Shown here: positions 1 through 10,243 of the stretch, piece after piece
How positions within the stretch are numbered: the stretch's first letter is position 1
Layout: every line of letters begins with the position of its first letter
Assembly (NCBI GenBank): GCA_024626585.2
Contig: JANKJI020000004.1
Coordinates: 113,333,927 to 113,352,481 of the forward strand
Source of the DNA: Ginkgo biloba
Taxonomy: Eukaryota; Plantae; Ginkgophyta
Direction: 5' to 3'
DNA length: 18,555 nt
The notes under the pieces: model-generated
The model's database searches: none
Told to the model about the DNA's origin: nothing
The model's input: only the letters and a program-made list of their open reading frames with translations
Made by a program: the position numbers and the translations under genes

Positions 1-1431
1 TATTTATAATTTTCTCTCTAATCAAGCATGCAACTTTGTTTTTGCTTAATGCCACTATTTGTATGTTAACTGCAATAATACATTTTGTACACGTGATATA
101 CATCCTATTAAAAAAAATGTAATAAACTTTTGACATGCTCATAATTTATCCTCCTCAATTTAAAGATCTATTAAGGTTTCCTTTCTCTATATTTTAAATT
201 GAATTTGTCATTATGCATATAATTGTATTTGGTGTTGTTAGGGATAGTTAAATATATATATTGTATGTACTCTATGAGATTTGCATTTTAGATCATACAT
301 TTAGATTGCAAGTGTTTAGTGATTACTTATGAAGTTACAATAGTTGGATTGTTAGTAGTTGTAAACTCAGTCACTGGGTTCAAGTTTGAGTTTGACAAGA
401 AAAATAATTCACAAAAAATCAACAAGCTATAAAAAATTTTAAAAAATTGCTATAAAGTTCGCCAAATAGATAAATATCTTTTTTATATAACATTCATATT
501 TTCAAAGAAACAAAGATAGAAAAACACCATTCAGAAAATCTACATATAGAACACCTCTTTGCATTCTTTGAGTTGTTCAAAGGCAGAAGCTGTAAAAAGA
601 AACCATCCAAACTGTGTCCCAGAGAAAATGACATGTTCTTACTTCTAACATAAGCACACCATGTAGCATTCTTGGCTGTTTATTATCCAAGGAATCATCC
701 ACATTGAAGATGAAAATGTCTGATCTCATACTCTGAATCTCTGATCCCTGCTGTTACTTAACCTAGCACATCGGTTCCTTCAGTCAGATGGCCAAATGAA
801 TGCTACCATCATTTAACCTATAGTTTTAATTCAAAAATCATATACTAACTATATGAAAANNNNNNNNNNTCTTAAGAAGTATGTCTTCTATGTTCAGTGA
901 ATCCTGTTCTATCTTCTATGGATTCATTATTCTGTTCATATGATTGTGTTCCTTTTTTTGCAGACATCATTTGACTGCAAGAATTCCAGTCCGAGTATCG
1001 GTATGGACTTGCAACCCTATATCAAAGTGCAGTTCAGCAATGCAGAGATTCTTATAAAGTCCACTATTGCATTGTCAACAAGAGGCAGCTCTGAAACTAT
1101 CTCATAAAGCAGAATGGCACTCCAGTTTGCAAGAAGATAAGCTTGGCTTGGAGTACACATATTCGCCATATAACAGGTGGCCAAACTATGAGGTTTTTCA
1201 CTGTCATAACCAATGGTGTGAAATAAGTTATGAGCAAAAACACCTCAGAAAAAACTCAGCCAAGAAAAATCACCATTCAAAGGACATATTCTTGAATGCC
1301 CTTTCTAGAATTTTCATTTCTCATGAGCCTCAAAAATTTTGCAGCCTTTGAGAGGCTTTTTCTCCTCACAAAACAAATTCTTTTGAACAAACTCATTTGT
1401 CGTGAAATTTTGGATTAGCTTTTCATATTCA

Positions 1432-3735
1432 TTATGCAACCTTAACTTTTAGACTCTGCCACTTGGATTGGGTTGTTTCTTGTCTTTTAGTAGCTTTCTT
1501 GCCTTCAAGTTTCCCAGGTTTGTTTCCTTCTGCCTTGATTTTAATATCCTTCACGAGTATTTTGGTCCTAGCTTCAGGTACTAATCCCTTTGCATTCATG
1601 TCATTAAAAAACTTGCAAGCCTCATCAAATTTTCCCTTTTCATAGAGACCATGAATCATAACAGTGTAAGACCTGCGATCAGGACCCATGCCCATTTCCT
1701 CCATTTCATCCCACAGACCAAGGACTCTGCCCAGCTCATTCCAACCAAAGAACATTTTCAACAGCAAGTTATAGGTGTCACTTGTGGGCTTGCAGCCAGT
1801 TTCCACCATTCTCTGCATGATCTTGAGAGCCTCAGGTTTTCTTGCAACTCTAAGAAAATAATGATAGGTTTTAGCATTGGCAACACAACCTTTTCGTTCC
1901 ATGTCATCCAACAGCTCGTAGGCTTTGTCCATCCTCCTGATGTTGCAGATATGCTTGATCAGGGAATTGTAGGTTGCAGCATTAGGAAGAATTCTACTAT
2001 TATTCATTTCACCAAAGATGATAAGAGCTTCAGGAATGCGTTTCTTGAAACAAAGAGAATCTAATAAAATGTTGCAAATTGTCACATCTGGAATGCATCC
2101 TTTGGAGCTAGACAAAGTTCAAAGGAGAGCTTTGAAGCTCAGGGCAACTCGTTACATGCTTATGAAGGGTATCTTNNNNNNNNNNNNNNNNNNNNNNNNN
2201 NNGCCCTGCTTGATCAACTCATTCCAGAACCTTTTGGCCTCATGTACATTTGCCAAAGCACACCACCCATTGAGAATTATGTTTCTGGTTTTCATGTCTG
2301 GAGGGAAGTCATGCTGCCTTAAATGTAACAAAGCCTCTGCTTCTTGGACATGTTTGTATCGACAAAGAGCAAGGAGAAGAGTTTGGAAAGAGAGTGTATC
2401 AAGTTTGAGACCGAATTCTTCTCGTTTAAAAAATGTCTCGATTGCTCTTTCCACCATGTGAGCAGCTGCATATCTCCTCATCAATATGGTGAAGGTTTCA
2501 TCTGTGATCAGAGAGGGGCTATTTCCACGATTGTGCATCTCCTTTATCAGTTGCCACATTGTGTGAAAACGCTTCACCTTGCCTAGAATATTTAGCATTG
2601 CATGATAAGTCTTGGTCCCATGGTCGAATCCAGGTTGTTGAGAGGCCCAGACAAAGAAAAACATTGCAGGCTTCCAATCATTTTCGTGCCTGTAAAGCAC
2701 CTGAACCACCAAATCTCCGGACACGACCACGCCACACTGATTAAGGGCCTGTTCTCGCTCATTACGGGTTTTATGACCCTTGAAAAGTCTCTGAATAATG
2801 ACAGCATCATTCACCGTCGAGCAATCAGAACTGAAATGACCTTCATGCGCATCACAGTCCGAAAAAGAACCAGTAGAATTCAACCCCTCCTCCTTATCAG
2901 ACTCACCTTCACCGTTTTTCTTTAACTCTTNNNNNNNNNNNNNNNNNNNNNNNNNNNNNNNNNNNNNNNNNNNNNNNNTCATTAGCTTTCCCAGCTGATG
3001 AAAACTGCCGGCAAGCGGGTGAACCAGGCAAGAAAACATCAGGTGCTCTACAATTTGAGCTGGCAAATCCACTGGCCACATAGGGAGAGAAAATTTTACG
3101 TCCAGAACCAAATAATGCAATGATTGAGCCAGACCAACTAAAAACAGATGCCCTGAGAAAATATCCTCTATCACCATAGTCTATGAAAGCAGCAGCGGAA
3201 AATCGTTTGGAAGCTGAGAAAGCAAACGAGAAATCAAAATCTCAAAATGCACGATGGACATTGAAAATTTCCAAAATTTGACCTGCAGTAGTCCAGAAAA
3301 CTCAATTTCTCGCCAAAACAATTCACTGTCCATAGTTGAGCACAAAGGAGCCGTCGGGAGGGCGGTGGGGAGAGAAATTGAAAGAAAAATCATTTTTCAT
3401 AGGGGAAGATGCCAAATAAAATTACACTCTGCGAAATTGATAGAAAAAATGCAAATATTTTTGCACTACGCCAAAAACTACCAATTTATGCTTTTTTTGT
3501 TATTAACAGAAATGGAATAAACACTGAACTGCAATAACATATGCATAATTAGATTTAAACTAAATTCAATTGGAGAACATAATTCTCAGAATGTGCATGA
3601 AAAGCGAAACTGACCTATTTCCGAAGCCGAATTCGTAGGTTCAATGAATGAATTGAGACCATGGCGACACAGAGATATCCCTTGGACGCTGGGGTTTGAA
3701 TCAGCCAACCCTCTTAATATCTTTCTTCTCAACAT
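1432..3735 (-). CDS. P-class pentatricopeptide repeat protein, At3g15200-like, probably mitochondrial. Proposed model: exon 1 3735-3615, intron 3614-3214, exon 2 3213-1432 (two N-gaps inside exon 2)
   Basis: ORFs 2152..3177 and 1432..2115 lie in the same frame and encode tandem ~35-aa PPR motifs (TKTYHAMLNILGKVKRF.., ETFTILMRRYAAAHMVERA.., LSFQTLLLALCRYKHVQEA.., TRNIILNGWCALANVHEAKRFW.., DVTICNILLDSLCFKKRIPEAL.., NAATYNSLIKHIC.., TSDTYNLLLK.., DRRSYTVMIHGLYEKGK..). YAAAH, LCRYKHV, ILNGWC-NVHEAKRFW and LCFKKRIPEAL match what I recall of At3g15200. The protein ends at the stop at 1432 with no E/DYW extension. The start and exon 1 are inferred. Two in-frame stops (2154-2152, 2121-2119) fall inside a foreign segment. 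Confidence 0.9.
2104..2175 (+). mobile_element. Short Ty3/gypsy pol-like fragment (linker before the integrase zinc-binding domain) inside the PPR CDS; probably an assembly artefact
   Basis: The + strand reads (SGMHP)LELDKVQRRALKLRATRYMLMKGI, fitting the G..P...K.QRRAL.L.A..Y.L..G.LY pattern of plant gypsy pol. On the minus strand it has no PPR similarity and contains 2 stops. It directly abuts the N-gap 2176-2202. Confidence 0.6.
3214..3614 (-). other. Predicted 401-nt GT-AG intron of the PPR gene
   Basis: Starts GTCAGT, has an AT/T-rich body, ends with a polypyrimidine tract and CAG, and is phase-compatible with the flanking exons. Confidence 0.65.
3615..3735 (-). CDS. Putative first coding exon of the PPR gene (40 codons plus 1 nt; N-terminal targeting peptide)
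   Basis: ATG at 3735 gives MLRRKILRGLADSNPSVQGISLCRHGLNSFIEPTNSASEI, followed by donor ATAG|GTCAGT at 3615/3614. The phase-1 end fits the acceptor tttctcgtttgctttctCAG|CT at 3214/3213 and continues as ASKRFSAAAF...SPACRQFSSAGKAN up to the gap at 2979. Confidence 0.7.
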
Positions 3736-4326
3736 TTCCACTTTCTACTCGTATTCCTCTTCGTTCATATTTTACGTGTGTGAAGTCTTACGAGCTCAAC
3801 TTGCTTCCATTCAAAACGATCTCTCAATGCCCGCTGTGCTGAAACGATTCATAATGTATCAAAAGTTTTCAAAATTAAAAAGAAAAAGGGCAAAAAGAGG
3901 TACATTGTTGTTGCTAAGTTACAATTTTAAACTACGAAAGAAAACCTTCCATTTGCAAATATCCTACATAAGACCCTACTTCCCATATATCCAAAATGCA
4001 TCCTCGAGACTAGGTGGGTTGCATTGTCACTTTATAAGAACAACTCAGTTGGATGTCCTTTACGGCATATGCAGTTTGTTGTAAATTTTTCCTTTGTTGA
4101 AATCATAATATATTATGGCCATATGATGAGTAAACTGTGTATGGCGTATTGGCATAAACACGGTAATAGTATTAAGATCTTAAGAACATATGTTAGTTAT
4201 TGATCTAAGACTTGTGTATGCAAGGGGGAAGCTTGAAAGAAAAAAGAGTAAAATAACATCGTGCTCATGTAGAAATCAAAATGTCTTGTATTTTTGTTAT
4301 ATCTCAATTAGAACACGATAAAGTTA

Positions 4327-4795
4327 TGTAGATTAATTTATACAAGTATGACGGCTAACTAGCCACTTTAGACTTAACATCATCTACACACATAAGAGTG
4401 CCCAATCTGGTCAATACCACTTACAAAAAGACTTTATGTCTTTCCACAGTAGGATATGGTAGAACTTCAATATAAAGAAGAATTATCTGTCTCCCCCATT
4501 TATTTTACCTGATCTTCCCTCTTCACCAAGACAATAGTCGAGTCCCATAAAAGCCCCTTTTTCTTTTTTGTCCTTTCCCATAAGAAGGGGCACTAGAATC
4601 ATATATTCTAAGCAACTTATATCAATAGCATATCAACATTCATTACCTCATCTCTATTCTAGTTCTCGATCTTACATTTAATCTTTATGCTAAAAGAGGG
4701 AAGGGAGCCACCACCATGTGGCTCTTATTTATTATACTTCTATACTTTTGCCAATAAGATCGTTCACAACTACTCTTAGGTGGATTTATCAACTA
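4327..4795. repeat. Possible decayed solo LTR upstream of the PPR gene
   Basis: Begins TGTAGAT and ends about ATCAAC(T)A, an imperfect TG..CA inverted terminus pair, and has LTR-like non-coding composition. There is no clean target-site duplication (agtta vs agcat). Confidence 0.25.
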
Positions 4796-5879
4796 AGCAT
4801 ACATGGAACTACATTTCGATTTAGATAATTAAAGTTATTCAAAGAATATTGCTCTAAGTTGAGGCTTTCCACATTTTGCATTTTTTTCCTAATACACTAT
4901 TTAGGATGTTTTATAATTTATCATTTCTCATGAGTACATTATTTAAGNNNNNNNNNNNNNNNNNNNNNNNNNNNNNNNNNNNNNNNNNNNNNNNNNNNNN
5001 NNNNNNNNNNNNNNNNNNNNNNNNNNNNNNNNNNNNNNNNNNNNNNNNNNNNNNNNNNNNNNNNNNNNNNNNNNNNNNNNNNNNNNNNNNNNNNNNNNNN
5101 NNNNNNNNNNNNNNNNNNNNNNNNNNNNNNNNNNNNNNNNNNNNNNNNNNNNNNNNNNNNNNNNNNNNNNNNNNNNNNNNNNNNNNNNNNNNNNNNNNNN
5201 NNNNNNNNNNNNNNNNNATTTATCAATCATTATAGCTTCTCTTACTAATTTAATCACTATCAATGGCCACTCGGCTCAAAATTGTTGCTTGGCTAGTTTT
5301 CAGTCAGAGCATTTTATGATTTGATCAAAACCTATTGTAATTTTTAACTTTCAACCTTGTAAAAAATATAAGTTTGTTGATCTTTTGAATTAGAAATAGG
5401 TCTTATCGTCTATATAGGCACTAAGGCTCACACTTCATAAGGGCCANNNNNNNNNNNNNNNNNNNNNNNNNNNNNNNNNNNNNNNNNNNNNNNNNNNNNN
5501 NNNNNNNNAATAAATGGAGTCTTAATTGTAGCCCCTTAAAAAACCAATTTCAAAACTCTTTGGCTTATGGCTAATACTCTTTCATAGTTATATTATAATC
5601 ATCTCATGGAGGAGATCATTTCTTACGAGATGATTATAAATCATCCATTCAATTTTCGAGGATGAAGGACTCCATCGTCTTATCATTAAAAATTTAAAAC
5701 TCGTTATGATTCTACTTTGTTATAAATAATTTCATACCTATGGGACTTGTCCTTGACTATCCTAAATGTATAAATTTATAGAACCTCACTTGGTGTTCCT
5801 TTTTATAATTTAAAGAATTGTGTTCTCCTTTAAAGGTTTATTGATATCTAGTATCAATTATTTAGAAGGAGATATTATG

Positions 5880-7700
5880 GTTTTAATGTCCTCTTCTTCA
5901 TCCATCATTAAAGGTTCAAACAAACTTAAATGGTTTATATTGAAAACTTAGTTATAACCCTATTAATGGAAANNNNNNNNNNTTCAAAGGCATAATCCAT
6001 TATCTACTTAGTAATTTTGAAAGGACAATCATAAATCTCCTCCATCTCAAGAACTTGCATTTGAATCTCGCCTTAGGCAGATGTAACTACTTAAGAGATG
6101 TGATTCATCCTATGCTTGCCATGCCTTATATTATAATTTTTTTGAGCTTTTAAAAGATTTTCTTATACTTGTAATTATACATTTTTAATATATTCAATGA
6201 ATTATAGAGCTTTCTATTGAACAAACTCCTCATTGTCCTTTCTTAGTGAAAGTACTTGTATAGCCAACCCCAATGGAAATTAGGGATGAGATTTAAGGCA
6301 CACTTACAAAAGGTAAAACTTAAAAAGAGTTGTCAATAGTCCTATTGCAACTATGTTGAAAATATAGAATATTCTCATCCAAAGTCTTAGAATGCTTATA
6401 ATTCTATTGGTTGGGATATTGTCTTATTGGACGCCTCTAAATGTCCATAACTTTGGGGTGGAAAGCTATGCTTCTATTCAACTTGATATCCATTAATACC
6501 AAGAATGTTGTCAAAAAATGGCTTAGAAACATGTTGTTTATATATAACAATATGGAANNNNNNNNNNNNNNNNNNNNNNNNNNNNNNNNNNNNNNNNNNN
6601 NNNNNNNNNNNNNNNNNNNNNNNNNNNNNNNNNNNNNNNNNNNNNNNNNNNNNNNNNNNNNNNNNNNNNNNNNNNNNNNNNNNNNNNNNNNNNNNNNNNN
6701 NNNNNNNNNNNNNNNNNNNNNNNNNNNNNNNNNNNNNNNNNNNNNNNNNNNNNNNNNNNNNNNNNNNNNNNNNNNNNNNNNNNNNNNNNNNNNNNNNNNN
6801 NNNNNNNNNNNNNNNNNNNNNNNNNNNNNNNNNNNNNNNNNNNNNNNNNNNNNNNNNNNNNNNNNNNNNNNNNNNNNNNNNNNNNNNNNNNNNNNNNNNN
6901 NNNNNNNNNNNNNNNNNNNNNNNNNNNNNNNNNNNNNNNNNNNNNNNNNNNNNNNNNNNNNNNNNNNNNNNNNNNNNNNNNNNNNNNNNNNNNNNNNNNN
7001 NNNNNNNNNNNNNNNNNNNNNNNNNNNNNNNNNNNNNNNNNNNNNNNNNNNNNNNNNNNNNNNNNNNNNNNNNNNNNNNNNNNNNNNNNNNNNNNNNNNN
7101 NNNNNNNNNNNNNNNNNNNNNNNNNNNNNNNNNNNNNNNNNNNNNNNNNNNNNNNNNNNNNNNNNNNNNNNNNNNNNNNNNNNNNNNNNNNNNNNNNNNN
7201 NNNNNNNNNNNNNATAAGATACAATAGAAAGTGGTAAGCCATAGTATAACCATAGTTTTTCAAAGAACAACTTTCCCACTTCTTCAATTATAATTATCTT
7301 CATACATGGCATCATGATGGTCATATTGATAAGTCTATCCACTACAACAATATATTATCATGATGATTCTTAGTGGTTAACAACCCACCGAGAAAATCAA
7401 TGGAGATATATTCTCATAAATATAATGGTGTTGAAAAGGGTAAGTATTTCCCTTTATTCTTATTTATTGGTTTAGCAATGCAACAAGTAACACATTACTT
7501 TGAGTGCAACTCCAAATTATGTTGTAAAAGAGGCCAGTAAAAATGTTGTTGTAGAATGCATAAAGTCTTTTGCTCACCAAAATGACTACCCACCTTAGAT
7601 TGACGTGCTTCACAAATCAACATAGTTCGTGACATTCCATTAAGAACACAAAGGCATTCTATCCTTAATAAAATCCCATCAATAATATACTAATCATGCA
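5880..7700 (-). pseudogene. Integrase remnant of gypsy copy A (zinc-binding domain, core, GPF region), split by the N-gap 6558-7213
   Basis: HFG..KT..FYWP/CxxC and SIDF..GL..VVVDR..GLP.SIVS lie right of the gap. FLSHF..KL.RS.AFHP and KHSKTLDENILYFQHSCNR lie left of it. The two sides are near-adjacent in the protein, so the 656-N gap is either oversized or hides an insertion. Confidence 0.88.
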
Positions 7701-8199
7701 TATAAATTCTTTGTTCTTTTTTCCAAGCATAACATAAATATAAAAAAAAAATGGATCATTATCACTTTGATCAACTCATTTATGGTATATATTCCCATAA
7801 CCATCTAATAATTAAGTGAGGACAATAATGGAGGTCTACTTAAGAATCAACAACTCAATTTAAGGAATCTTTCTTATATTTAATTGCAATATAGAATTAT
7901 TGTAAGTATATGATCGTTTGATATGAACTACATTTTATAGTTTGGAGTGAGCTTGTAAATATAAAATTTGCTTACAGTCTAAGTGCTAAGCAGATAGTTC
8001 CTTCAATGCTTCATTAGTTAAACCAAACATACATCTTTGTATCAAGTATTAAGTACCATTACACAACCTCTAGAAATTTTTTTGCATAGAGGTAATTGAC
8101 TTATCCTACTAGATCAATACTTCTCTTAAATCATTTCCTAATGTCTCAAATTCAATCTTGAATGGTGGTTTCATATGTGATAATGCCAAAATGGAGCAT

Positions 8200-8815
8200 T
8201 ATATATCATGTAATGAAGCTCCTCAGTTATCACTCTACCCAAATAAATGATGCATTCCCATTTGTCAAAGCATTAAGGGGCGATGTTATCTATGAATAGC
8301 TTATTACAAACTTTCTTAAGTAATTAGAAAATCTCCTAAAGATTCTAAGATCATATAAGTTGTTTAATATTTTCCAATTCAAGATGACTTCAATTTCGAA
8401 AGGAATTCTTTAAGTCCTGCCATCTACCTTAGATTTATTTCCTCATGGAAAAAGTGCACTTCTTAAGGTTTACTTTGAGCATCCCATTCTTTAATGTTTG
8501 ATGCACCATCTCAATATACTTCAAATGTTCCTCCTATATCTTATTATATATCAAGATATCATCTAAATAAACAATGATAAATGAGCCCAAGTAAGGCCTT
8601 AAGACCCCATTCATCAATCTATAAAGACTTTAGGTGCATTGGTTAGACTAAATGGTATAATAATCCATTCAAAGAGTCCTTGACTTGCCTTGAAGGTAGC
8701 AATGTGTGTCTTTTTCCTTGATATTCACTCATTAGTATCCAAATTGGAGGTTTGCCTTTATAAAGATTTTTTCTCCTTAGAGTTGATTAAGTCCATGTAG
8801 TGCTCCAAATGGAGA
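8200..8815 (-). pseudogene. Reverse transcriptase remnant of gypsy copy A
   Basis: [54 protein letters not shown]. Similarity is lost at about 8815, within the N-terminal part of RT. Confidence 0.9.
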
Positions 8816-9130
8816 AACTACTAAATAATACATAGAACTAATAATTGACAGATAAAGAAAATATAAATACTCCAAATATAGCAACAACCATATATTTATG
8901 CATGAGTGGATTCTTGAAAATATATATAATAATCATAAATAATTCAACTATAGATAATGTCGTATTATCAAAAATAACTAGAACAACAAAATTGAGGGAT
9001 ATTTACTATCCAAAGAGAGAAAGAGGGATGNNNNNNNNNNNNNNNNNNNNNNNNNNNNNNNNNNNNNNNNNNNNNNNNNNNNNNNNNNNNNNNNNNNNNN
9101 NNNNNNNNNNNNNNNNNNNNNNNNNNNNNN

Positions 9131-9350
9131 ATTTGCTAATTCCACCATGCGTTGATCAACTTTGACTTCATACATGCATCCGAACTTGTCCATGCACTCT
9201 CTCTCTCTTCTCATCCACTTGCATGAGTATGCATGCACATGCATGTCCTTGCATGCAACCACAAAAACAAGCATGCATGTTCCCGCATCATACATGCACC
9301 CAAACTCGCATGCAACCATCCAAAACACATATGCATGCATGCAAACCTGA
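9131..9350. repeat. CATG/TGCA-rich low-complexity repeat tract
   Basis: Dense recurrence of catgca/gcatg/atgcat, e.g. tatgcatgcacatgcatg and atatgcatgcatgcaa. catacatgca(t/c)cc(g/a)aact occurs twice (about 9168 and 9288). Confidence 0.75.
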
Positions 9351-9359
9351 ATCCTACCA

Positions 9360-9500
9360 CAAAAGAAACTTTCCAAAAATAGAAACTTTTTCAAAATAGA
9401 AACTTTTCCAAATTAGCAAATTTTTCCAAAAGTAGAATTTTTTTACAAAATAGAAAAATTTTCCCAAACATGAAAATTTGCTAGTAATAGGAAATTTACT
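9360..9500. repeat. Degenerate ~17-18 bp tandem repeat, consensus about CAAAATAGAAACTTTTC, about 6-7 units
   Basis: aaaagaaactttc / caaaaatagaaactttt / tcaaaatagaaactttt / ccaaattagcaaattttt / ccaaaagtagaattttttt / acaaaatagaaaaatttt. Confidence 0.8.
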
Positions 9501-9503
9501 GAA

Positions 9504-10243
9504 ATGAGTCTTGACGACAAATTTTAACAGGATGCAATTTCCATATCCAATGATGAGGATTGGTCAGATGAAAAAGTCCAAAAAGTGAAAGATGTAGCAA
9601 GCACACAAATGCAACAACTCAATGGTATCATACTGAGTCTTTGAATGGGGATCAGATTTTCAAGAAGACGATCAACACTCGTTTTGCTATTTGGCAAATG
9701 ATGGCTCCCTATGCCCCAAAACAGGAGTAAATATGTTTGTCTAAATTGCAAGTGAAATTGCAAAAGGCAAAGAAGAATTTGGAATGGATTGCAAATGCAT
9801 AGCAAGAGTTGAAAAAGAAAAATAATAAATTCCAATGCAGGCTTGAAAGCATCTTATGCTAAATTAGCTAACTATAAGGAGTTATCACAATGTAAGTTGC
9901 AGGTCAACGACCAGTAAAGAATTTGCAAGATGGCAGAGATGATTTGGATGACTAGACTAGGGAACTAATGAGATTAAAATTCAAGTATCACAAGAAATGC
10001 GAGGTGATGGAAGATGAGTAATGTGGTGATCATGAACAAGCTGTCAAAGAGTGTAACAAACAACATAAGAAGCTGAAACAACTAGAGGAAAAAGCACTTG
10101 CAGACTCAACAAGTGGCAACCGCATTACTAGAGGCAATCCATTTCAGCATAGCCATCTAGATCCGTAGCTCATTCACAAGTACAAGGTCCATAACCCACG
10201 TGTCCTCAACCCCAAGGGCCTTGACCTAGATGAATGGAATTAG
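9504..10243 (+). pseudogene. Decayed coiled-coil ORF of unknown family, probably a TE accessory gene
   Basis: Stitched across about 2 frameshifts it reads MSLDDKF*QDAISISNDEDWSDE.. / ..QIFKKTINTRFAIWQMMAPYAPKQE*ICLSKLQVKLQKAKKNLEWIANA*QELKKKIINSNAGLKASYAKLANYKEL.. / ..DDLDD*TRELMRLKFKYHKKCEVMEDE*CGDHEQAVKECNKQHKKLKQLEEKALAD..DP*LIHKYKVHNPRVLNPKGLDLDEWN*. It has K/E/Q/L heptad-like composition, and the internal stops are TAA/TAG, as expected from CAA/CAG deamination. Confidence 0.55.

Larger units (their letters stand above)
5640..8815 (-). mobile_element. Degenerate Ty3/gypsy LTR retrotransposon, copy A (RT-RNaseH-integrase; gag/protease absent)
   Basis: Minus-strand remnants occur in gypsy order. 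RT: ATFKASQGLFEWIIIPFSLTNAP and [21 protein letters not shown] (YLDD at 8569-8558). RNaseH: APFLALSHMKPPFKIE and IKYKK. Integrase: GSHFGEQKT..LQQHFYWP..C..C, ISIDFLGGL..VVVDRL..YGLPLSIVS, FLSHF..MDIKLNRSIAFHP. A GPF-like module follows (YDCPFKI..YAFE; HLSLFEPLMMDEEED). Many stops and frameshifts. Confidence 0.93.

Noticed and set aside
950-1351. ORF 1067..1351 (TTG start) and a plus-strand acceptor-like tttttttgcag at 953-963
   Set aside because: No recognisable domain and no partner exons. Probably the 3'UTR or downstream region of the PPR gene.
1463-2925. Plus-strand ORFs (1463, 1651, 2018, 2344, 2559, 2602) and the minus ORF 2592..2810
   Set aside because: Antisense or alternate-frame shadows of the PPR CDS with no independent motifs. 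Only the 2104-2175 part of ORF 2018..2461 is informative.
1432-3177. Two separate PPR genes, or a PPR pseudogene
   Set aside because: Both halves are in one frame, collinear with a single At3g15200-like protein and exactly one repeat apart. The only stops are in the foreign segment beside a gap.
3181-3393. 70-aa minus ORF ending 3 nt before ATG 3177, as a readthrough or N-terminal extension
   Set aside because: It lies mostly within the predicted intron, and the spliced model gives a more plausible N-terminus. Not excluded without RNA data.
3644-4084. 146-aa plus-strand ORF as a divergent gene
   Set aside because: Overlaps the proposed exon 1 and promoter in antisense, has low-complexity F/S/K composition and shows no recognisable homology.
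9360-9500. CRISPR-like array
   Set aside because: Eukaryotic context, degenerate adjacent units without unique spacers, and no cas genes.
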